Source: Chthoniobacteraceae bacterium (GTDB lineage: Bacteria; Verrucomicrobiota; Verrucomicrobiia; Chthoniobacterales; Chthoniobacteraceae). From it: a DNA stretch of 13,747 nt. The stretch spans positions 1 to 13,747 of the forward strand of contig JANNWY010000105.1 of the NCBI GenBank assembly GCA_031409335.1, read 5' to 3'. Made by a program: the position numbers and the translations under genes. The notes below the pieces were generated by a model. The model saw only the letters and a program-made list of their open reading frames with translations, searched no databases and was not told the origin of the DNA. Positions 1 to 6,483 of this stretch are shown piece by piece (position 1 is the first letter of the stretch; each line of letters begins with the position of its first letter).

Positions 1-87
1 AACTGGAAGTCCGCAGCCAACCAATTCGCCATCCAATTCGGCCCGCGCTTCTGCCAGGCTGCCTCGTCCACAACGCAGGCTCCCTAG
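1..87 (+). CDS. IS256-family transposase, C-terminal end (partial; starts upstream of the window)
   Basis: Frame 1 reads NWKSAANQFAIQFGPRFCQAASSTTQAP*, with TAG at 85-87. W-x-x-A-x-N-Q-F-A-I-x-F-G-x-R is the characteristic C-terminus of IS256/mutator-type transposases. Not in the ORF track because it is short and partial. Confidence 0.85.
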   Translation, partial: NWKSAANQFAIQFGPRFCQAASSTTQAP

Positions 88-140
88 CCAATCCATCAAC
101 ACATCAACCCGCCCTTAAACACAAACTTTTGGACAGGTCC
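1..140 (+). mobile_element. Right end of an IS256-family insertion sequence; terminal inverted repeat ~114-140
   Basis: TTAAACACAAACTTTTGGACAGGTCC (115-140) follows the transposase stop and resembles IS256-family right ends (..ACACAAAnTTnnGACAnnCC). The left IR is outside the window, so pairing cannot be confirmed. Confidence 0.78.
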
Positions 141-177
141 AGGGAACGCGTTCAGCCCAACATGGCCGGAGCGCGTA

Positions 178-534
178 TCAACGTCGCCTGCGAAGCAGGA
201 GTGTATTTCCCACCGCCTTGATGCGCTCTTCATCCGCCCGGCCGGCCGGACCGAGCGTGGGCAGGAGCCAGCCGCCTGCGTCGTTTTCGTTCCAGCCGTA
301 AATGATGACTGCGTTGCTCGGATTGAAGTCGCGGTTGGCTTTCGTCCATTCGAGCGCCTCGCGGATGTGGGTGGCGAATTCGTCGGGGGTGGCGGTGACG
401 GAATCCATGAGCGGCTTCTGCCGCGCGGGTGGCGTGGGGTCGGGCGCAGCGGGCACTTCGATCGGGGTGCCGGTTTGACGGGAATTTGCTTTTGACGCTC
501 GGCAGGTGATTCGACGGCTAATGCCGCTGAGCAC
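178..534 (-). pseudogene. C-terminal fragment of a GH99/WbsX-like glycoside hydrolase domain protein
   Basis: VIIYGWNENDAGGWLLPT resembles the 'WNE-x-x-E-G' strand of GH99/GH71/WbsX-like barrels. The protein-like part spans only ~90 aa (from about PDPTPP, ~440), with no convincing start and no room for the N-terminal barrel before 588. Confidence 0.6.
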
Positions 535-587
535 TTTCGCAAGCGGCCGCCACTGAATGGCACTTTGAATTTGTCAGATGGCCGCGC

Positions 588-2192
588 CTATTTCCCCGCC
601 CGTTTCCGGTTCACGTAGTCGATCGCATCCTGCACGAAGGCTTCGAGACCTGCGGTCATTTCGGGACGGGGACTGAAGCAGATGACGCGGCCCTGTCCGA
701 AGCGGCCACGGGCGATCGCGGTGGTGCCAATCATCACGCCTTCGGGCGCGCCGTTTTTTGCGATCTCGCTCTTGAAGGTCGCCATCTCCTCATAGTCTTC
801 GATCTCCGGACGACCCGCCGGGGCCAACAATGGGCCTTGGGCGTAGTGGATCGGAAATTTCTGGTTCGTCGTGCGCAGGGTCTCGTGTCCCGCAGGAGTC
901 AGCTCGATGTCCACGGTTCCGATGCCGCGCGCCCAGTGCTCTCGATCGACGACTTTTGCATCAAGGATGTTCAGCGACCACTTGTAGTCTGAGGAAGCCA
1001 GATAGGCTCCTGCGCAGATGCCAATGAAACCGCCACCTTCCCGGACAAACCCGCGAATTTTCTCCCGTCCAGGCTCGTCGAGATTCCGCCCCTGTTCACC
1101 GCCACTGCCGCCCGGATGCATCAAGATATCCAGCCCGGCCAGCCCGCCGGAACGGATTTGCTCGGCGGTCAGCTTCGTCACGGAAACCTGATCAAACTTG
1201 CCCAGCGCGCGAAGGAGATCGTTCACGCTTGGGCCAGCTCCTTTGTCGAGATAGACGCCGACTGCGATCTTTCCTGTTCGCTTCGACGCATCGCCAGACC
1301 CTGGCTTTTGTTCTTCGGCGGGGAGGTAACTTTTTGCGAATGCGGTGATGGCGTTGGCCAGTTTTTCCGCTCCGTCTCCGATGGCTTTGGAGTCGCGATA
1401 GTTTGTTCCGAGTTCCAGTTGAATGGCGTCGATGGTTCCGCCGGAACTGCTGCCATGCCTGCCGACGGTGTAGCCGCCGGAGTATTCGGGATTCTCGGGG
1501 TCGCTCGATCCGACTGCTGGGAAAACAGAAAAGCCTTGTTTCGCCAGTTGCCCAAAAAGGCTCGTCTCGCCGAATACCGCCTCACGGCCGGACTGCTTGA
1601 GCAGATGGGTGACTGTCTTGCCATTCTGGGTGCCACGCAGCACCACGCCTGGCTGCGAGGCCTGCCCGTGAATGTCGAGCACGACACCGCGCCCCCATCG
1701 CGAAGTCACTTCCTTGCAAGCCTCGGCGATCGCCGCATGGTAGGCGTTGTAAGTCGCCTTTGCCTCCACCGATTCGAAGGCATCCTGCGGGCGGCGATTG
1801 GCATCAATGTATTTCCGGTGAAAGCGCGCAATCACCACGTAGGGTCGTTTGCCCAGCTTTTTCTCCAGAGCGTCCGCCAGCTTCCCGGTGAGAATATCCG
1901 TGTTTGAATCAGCTCTGGGATTGAATCCGGTTGACCCATCGCCCTTGCGCTCCGGCACGCCAGGGAGCGCCGCGTGTCCCCCGTGCGGTGCGGTAAGGAT
2001 GATCGGCAGCCCGCCGGGCACGACGGTGATCGCGGCATTTGCAGAAGCCTTCTTGTTCGCCGCTTCGTTACCAGCACTGGAGGCGTCGCTGCCGGAAGCC
2101 GGATCCGCCGCGGGCGAGGCAGCAATCATGGAGCCGACCATTAACGCGGCGAGTAGAATTCCCCGAAGGCGCGGCGGAAGTATTTTTTGCAT
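588..2192 (-). CDS. Secreted fusion: N-formylglutamate amidohydrolase-like (Zn-peptidase fold) domain + BPL_N / class I glutamine-amidotransferase-like domain
   Basis: Sec-type signal (MQKILPPRLRGILLAALMVGSMIAA) and low-complexity linker. FGase-like motifs TAPHGG, DxNTD, RKYIDANR, YHAAI, LDIHG, AIQLELG. Then VGVYLDKGAG, PGGSGG, GICAGAY (nucleophile elbow) and FSPRPE. Confidence 0.85.
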   Translation of the reverse strand: MQKILPPRLRGILLAALMVGSMIAASPAADPASGSDASSAGNEAANKKASANAAITVVPGGLPIILTAPHGGHAALPGVPERKGDGSTGFNPRADSNTDILTGKLADALEKKLGKRPYVVIARFHRKYIDANRRPQDAFESVEAKATYNAYHAAIAEACKEVTSRWGRGVVLDIHGQASQPGVVLRGTQNGKTVTHLLKQSGREAVFGETSLFGQLAKQGFSVFPAVGSSDPENPEYSGGYTVGRHGSSSGGTIDAIQLELGTNYRDSKAIGDGAEKLANAITAFAKSYLPAEEQKPGSGDASKRTGKIAVGVYLDKGAGPSVNDLLRALGKFDQVSVTKLTAEQIRSGGLAGLDILMHPGGSGGEQGRNLDEPGREKIRGFVREGGGFIGICAGAYLASSDYKWSLNILDAKVVDREHWARGIGTVDIELTPAGHETLRTTNQKFPIHYAQGPLLAPAGRPEIEDYEEMATFKSEIAKNGAPEGVMIGTTAIARGRFGQGRVICFSPRPEMTAGLEAFVQDAIDYVNRKRAGK

Positions 2193-2582
2193 TGGGGTAG
2201 TGTCAACTACTGATAGATATTGTCAGCGGCAAAGGGGTAAGTCCGTGCATATGTGCATAAGGGCGGTTCTCCTTAGCCATGCTTGACCCATGTCGCTGAA
2301 CCCATCGCATTTGTCGGATAGGTTCCATACTGTCCGTTGTTACGATTTGTGAATTTTGAGTTGGGATATCAGCACTGACTTTGAGGGCTTGGGGATAAGC
2401 TCGGTCCACAGGCTCGAAGAGCCGAAACAAGCCAGCCCTTGGAGCTGGCTGAAATGGCAGTCTGCACACACGACCGGACTTCTCAGACGGAAATCACAAA
2501 TTGTGAGGACCGGCAGCATAACATCCAACGGATGTGAGCGACCCCACGCACATCCCCGGCTCGTTGGCGCGGCGGGCGGCGA

Positions 2583-3461
2583 TCACGCGCCCGTCTTCTC
2601 CAGTGCGAGTTCGCCGTCGAAGGTGAAATCGGCGGGGCCGGTGAGCGTGACGTTGCGCCAGGTGTCGCCGCTTTTTTCCCACGCGACTTCCAGCGTGTCG
2701 CCGCCGCGCACTTTCACTTTTACCGGCGAGGCGGCAGCGGCCAGTTCACCGAAGATGAGCGCGCAGGCGACTACGCCCGTGCCGCAGGCGAGCGTCTCGT
2801 CTTCGACGCCGCGCTCGTAGGTGCGAATCGCGATCGCATCCTGCCCGGTTTGCGTCACGAAATTCACGTTGGTTCCCTTTGGCGCGAAGTGCGGATGAAA
2901 ACGCAGCGCATTTCCCAGCGTGCGGACATCGACTGCGTCGAGGTTTTCGCGGAGCGAATGGAGCAGCGGATGCGTGGAGGCGCGCTCGCTCGGTGCCGCG
3001 GAATCGCCGACAAAAACCACGGCGTGTGGCACGCCAGTGCTCAGCGAATGCACCGCGATTCTGGCGGTGCCGGCGCTCAGCGATTGATTGAGCGCGAGGG
3101 AATGCGGCTCGCTCATCTGGATGCGCACGTTTTCGCCGATCATCTTCGCGCGGATCACACCGGCGATTGTTTCAAAGGAAACGTCCCCGCTTTTCCCCGC
3201 GACGCGCTGCGCAAAACGCGCGAAACAGCGCGCGCCGTTCCCACACATCTCGGCCTCGCCGCCATCGCTATTGTAATAGCGCATCCGAAAATCCGCACCA
3301 TTCTGCGCGGGCTCGACGACGAGCAACCCATCCGCGCCGACGCCGCGATGGCGGTCGCAGATTCGCTCGATCGCGGATTTTTCGAGGGCGAGGGAATGGT
3401 CGCGATTGTCGAGCATTACGAAGTCGTTTCCGGCTCCGTTCATTTTCGTGAATTTCAGCAT
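2583..3461 (-). CDS. dapF: Diaminopimelate epimerase (292 aa; start moved to ATG 3461)
   Basis: MLKFTKMNGAGNDF, DRHRGVGADG, YYNSDGGEAEMCGNGARC, TGVPHAV, GTNVNF, RTYERGVEDETLACGTG. Both catalytic Cys are present. Confidence 0.97.
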   Translation of the reverse strand: MLKFTKMNGAGNDFVMLDNRDHSLALEKSAIERICDRHRGVGADGLLVVEPAQNGADFRMRYYNSDGGEAEMCGNGARCFARFAQRVAGKSGDVSFETIAGVIRAKMIGENVRIQMSEPHSLALNQSLSAGTARIAVHSLSTGVPHAVVFVGDSAAPSERASTHPLLHSLRENLDAVDVRTLGNALRFHPHFAPKGTNVNFVTQTGQDAIAIRTYERGVEDETLACGTGVVACALIFGELAAAASPVKVKVRGGDTLEVAWEKSGDTWRNVTLTGPADFTFDGELALEKTGA

Positions 3462-3557
3462 AGGGCCGGGAATGTAAGCACACGCGCTGCGGGGCGTCCA
3501 TTCGCGGCGCGGTGAAGAACGTTGCGTGGCAGGTGCGCGGGCCGTTTGATTCTGCGC

Positions 3558-4037
3558 ATGAACAAACGCGCGCTCGTCGAAAAAATCATCGCTCACCTCG
3601 CCGAGGAGATGGACTCATACGCGCGCTCGGCGCGGGCGGCGCAGGCGGAGGCGACGGATGAGCAGAGCAAGGCGGAAAACAAATACGACACGCGCGGGCT
3701 GGAGGCATCGTATCTCGCGCACGGGCAATCGCGGCAGGCGGCGGAAATGGAAGAGGCGATTGGGCAGTTTCGCGGGATGGCATTGCGGGAATTCGATGCG
3801 AACGAGGCGATTGATCTGGGGGCGCTGGTGGAAGTCGATCGCGGCGGCGAGAGCGCGCGCTATTTCATCGGACCGCGCGCGGGCGGGACGGAGATTTCCC
3901 ATGCGGGAAAAGTCGTGCTCGTCATCACGCCGCAGTCGCCGCTGGGGCGGCAGCTCATGGGTGCGAAAGCGGGCGATCGTCTGAAGATCGAGGCTGGAGG
4001 CTCGCGCGATGGCTTTCGCGTGATTGCGGTTTCGTAG
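3558..4037 (+). CDS. GreA/GreB-family transcription elongation factor-like protein (159 aa; start ATG 3558)
   Basis: N-terminal coiled coil with acidic tip (ATDEQSKAENKYDTRGLEASYLA) and C-terminal GreA/B domain (IDLGALV..., VITPQSPLGRQLMGAKAGD). It lacks the canonical GreA GDLSENAEY motif, so no symbol is given. Confidence 0.88.
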   Translation: MNKRALVEKIIAHLAEEMDSYARSARAAQAEATDEQSKAENKYDTRGLEASYLAHGQSRQAAEMEEAIGQFRGMALREFDANEAIDLGALVEVDRGGESARYFIGPRAGGTEISHAGKVVLVITPQSPLGRQLMGAKAGDRLKIEAGGSRDGFRVIAVS

Positions 4038-4087
4038 TGGGTTTTACGGGGGTGATGCTCCCGCCATCGAGCTGACTGGCGCTGGTG

Positions 4088-5155
4088 TCATTTCGTTTGC
4101 GTCACTTCGGTGGCTTTGGCGCGCAATTGCCCGCACCCCGCCGCCACGTCGATTCCGCGCCGCTGCCGCACCGTGCTCGGGATGCCCGCAGCGCGCAGCG
4201 TTTTTTGAAACGCGGATGCGCCGGACGTTGCGGTGGGCGCTCCGGCAAATCCGGCGGTTGGATTGAGCGGGATGAGATTCACGTGCGCGGCGAGTCCGGC
4301 GAGCAGCGAGCCGAGTTTCTCCGCGTGTTCCATCGAATCGTTCACGCCGTCGATCAGCGTCCACTCGAAAAAAATACGACGTCCGGTGCGCTCGGAGTAG
4401 GTGCGGCATGCGGCGATCAAATCCGCGAGCGGCCAGCGCCGGCTGACCGGAACGAGCGCGCCGCGATCCGCCTCGGTGGCTCCATGCAGGCTCACGGCGA
4501 GGTGAAAGGGCCGGCCTTCCTCCGCCATGCGCAGGATGCCGGGCACGACGCCGACCGTGCTGATCGTGATGTGCGACGGTCCGATGCCGAGGCCGCGGGA
4601 ATCGGCGATGATTTCGAGCGCAGTCATCACCGCATCGTAATTGTGCAGCGGCTCGCCCATGCCCATCAGCACAAGATTCCGCAGCCCCGCGCCGCCGGCC
4701 GCGCGCAAGGCGCGCTGCGCGTGGAGCACCTGCGCCACGATCTCGCCGGGCCGCAGATGCCGCGCAAATCCCATCTGCCCCGTGGCGCAAAAAACACAGC
4801 CCATCGCGCAACCGACCTGCGTGCTGAGGCACGCGGTGAAGCGCCCGCGAAACCGCATGAGCACCGTCTCGATCGTCTGGCCGTCTTCGAGCCGGAGGAG
4901 GAATTTGCGCGTGAGCCCGTCGCTGCTCGCGGTGTCGGCGACGACTTCCACTTCATCGAGGATGAATGCTTTTCCCTTGCCGATATGCCCCTCGATCCAA
5001 CGCCGCAGCGGTGGCTCAAAGCGTTCGCTTTCATCCAACTCGCCGCGATACAGCCCGCGCCAGAGTGTCCGCGCATGAACCCGCGCGAGCCCGTCGGAAA
5101 CGAGCGCGTTCTCGACTTCTGAAAACGGGAGATCGTGAAGTCGCGTGGCTTGCAT
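4088..5155 (-). CDS. rlmN: Radical SAM 23S rRNA m2A2503 / tRNA methyltransferase RlmN
   Basis: KFLLRLEDGQTIETV, CLSTQVGCAMGCVFCATG (CxxxCxxC), MGMGEPLHN, ISTVG, LAVSLHG, VNLIPLNP, RRGIDVAAGCGQL. Confidence 0.93.
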   Translation of the reverse strand: MQATRLHDLPFSEVENALVSDGLARVHARTLWRGLYRGELDESERFEPPLRRWIEGHIGKGKAFILDEVEVVADTASSDGLTRKFLLRLEDGQTIETVLMRFRGRFTACLSTQVGCAMGCVFCATGQMGFARHLRPGEIVAQVLHAQRALRAAGGAGLRNLVLMGMGEPLHNYDAVMTALEIIADSRGLGIGPSHITISTVGVVPGILRMAEEGRPFHLAVSLHGATEADRGALVPVSRRWPLADLIAACRTYSERTGRRIFFEWTLIDGVNDSMEHAEKLGSLLAGLAAHVNLIPLNPTAGFAGAPTATSGASAFQKTLRAAGIPSTVRQRRGIDVAAGCGQLRAKATEVTQTK

Positions 5156-5184
5156 CGGGCCGGAAGAATCTGACAGCGCGCGGC

Positions 5185-5196
5185 GATTTGCAAATC
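5185..5196. promoter_or_regulatory. Perfect 12-bp palindrome GATTTGCAAATC in the rlmN/moeA divergent intergenic region
   Basis: Self-complementary 12-mer seen directly. It contains TTGCAA, which lies 38 nt upstream of the rlmN ATG and could be its -35 box. The function is inferred. Confidence 0.35.
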
Positions 5197-5244
5197 ACGC
5201 CAATCCCGGCTGGCGAACGAAGCGCCCGCTTTTTACGGTGCGCT

Positions 5245-6483
5245 ATGATTTCCGTCACCGCAGCGCGCGCGATGATCGCGCGGACCGTGCCACCGCTCGC
5301 CCCAGAACGCGTGCCGCTCGCCGATGCACGCGGCCGCACGCTGCGCGAAGCCGTGGCCGCGCCGGGCGATTTTCCGGCGTTCGATCGCTCGGCGATGGAT
5401 GGCTATGCGGTCGCGATGGACGATTCCGCGGAGCGCTTCCGCGTGGTGATGGAAGTGCAGGCCGGCGCGTCGCCCGAACGCGCGCTGGCTCCCGGCGAAT
5501 GCGCGCGCATCTTCACGGGCGCAAGGATTCCGGCGGGTGCGTCGCAAGTCATCATGCAGGAAAACGCGCGCCGCGATGGCGAGTGGATGATCCCGCGGTG
5601 CCGCGACGGCTCGACGCACATTCGCCGCCGGGGCGAGGACGCTGTCGCGGGCGCGGTTTTGCTCGAAAGCGGTGCTCTGCTGAATGCGAGCGAACTCGCG
5701 CTGCTCGCGCAACTCGGTGCCCTGGCTCCACTCGTGAGTCCCCTGCCCCGCGTGCTTCACATCGTCACCGGACGCGAATTGGTCGCGCCGGATCGCGAGC
5801 CGCGCGATGGAGAAATCCGTGACACGAATTCCACCATGGTCGCCGCGATGCTGGCCGACCGCGGCGCGCGAATGCAGCACCAGAGCCGGTGCGGCGACGA
5901 TCTCGCGGAAACCGTCGCGCGCGTCCGCAGCGTGGACGAAGCGATGTGGGACATGCTGCTGATCTCCGGCGGCGCGAGTGTCGGCGACTACGATTTCGGC
6001 GCGAAGGCACTGCGCGAACTCGGCTTCACGATCCACTTCGACCGCCTGAATCTGCGTCCCGGAAAGCCGCTCATCTTCGCCACGCGCGGCGCGCAAGCCG
6101 CGTTCGTCCTGCCGGGAAATCCGGTCTCGCATCTCGTCACGTTCCACCTCGCCGTCCGCCTCGCTCTCGAATGTTTGCAAGCCGCGCCGCACTCCTGGCC
6201 GCTCGCGGATGCCACCCTCGACGGCGATTTTTCCGCACAGTCCGATCCCCGCGAAACCTACTGGCCATGCCGAGTCCGGAGCGAAAATGGCGGCCTGCAC
6301 GCACACCCGCTCGCATGGAAAAGCTCCGGCGATCTCTGCGGTCTCGCGCGAGTGAACGCGCTGCTGCACATCCTGCCGGGGGGCGTCCCGCTGATCCGCG
6401 GCGCATCGGCGAAATGCCTGCTGCTCGACCTTGCGTGCCCCGCTGCCAGTCCTCAAGGCGCAGCCACCCGCACCCGGAGATAA
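5245..6483 (+). CDS. moeA: Molybdopterin molybdenumtransferase MoeA (start ATG 5245, MISVTAARAMI...)
   Basis: FDRSAMDGYA, RIFTGARIPAGA..VIMQE, IRRRGED, TGRELV, IRDTN, ISGGASVGDYDF, RPGKP, LPGNPVS, SSGDL. The last ~16 aa run into the convergent gene. Confidence 0.95.
   Translation: MISVTAARAMIARTVPPLAPERVPLADARGRTLREAVAAPGDFPAFDRSAMDGYAVAMDDSAERFRVVMEVQAGASPERALAPGECARIFTGARIPAGASQVIMQENARRDGEWMIPRCRDGSTHIRRRGEDAVAGAVLLESGALLNASELALLAQLGALAPLVSPLPRVLHIVTGRELVAPDREPRDGEIRDTNSTMVAAMLADRGARMQHQSRCGDDLAETVARVRSVDEAMWDMLLISGGASVGDYDFGAKALRELGFTIHFDRLNLRPGKPLIFATRGAQAAFVLPGNPVSHLVTFHLAVRLALECLQAAPHSWPLADATLDGDFSAQSDPRETYWPCRVRSENGGLHAHPLAWKSSGDLCGLARVNALLHILPGGVPLIRGASAKCLLLDLACPAASPQGAATRTRR

Noticed and set aside
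588..1270. Biotin-protein ligase (birA)
   Set aside because: Only the BPL_N GATase-like domain is present. There is no ligase catalytic domain, and the protein has a signal peptide.
2401..2450. Hammerhead ribozyme suggested by a hairpin followed by GAAAC
   Set aside because: The required CUGAnGA core upstream of the stem is absent.
4088..5155. Cfr-type antibiotic resistance methyltransferase
   Set aside because: Motifs are RlmN-like (STQVGC, MGMGEP) rather than Cfr-like (SSQCGC, MGMGEA), and the context is housekeeping with host-like GC.
3462..5244. Extended starts for dapF (3596), greA-like (3522) and moeA (4966) given by the ORF track
   Set aside because: The dapF and moeA extensions overlap the divergent neighbour, and none resembles its family. 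Family N-termini begin at 3461, 3558 and 5245.
4085..6456. Long antisense ORFs (4085-5122 +, 5233-6456 -; likewise 1116-1907 + and 2850-3515 +)
   Set aside because: These are shadow ORFs opposite well-supported genes in high-GC DNA, with no recognisable motifs.
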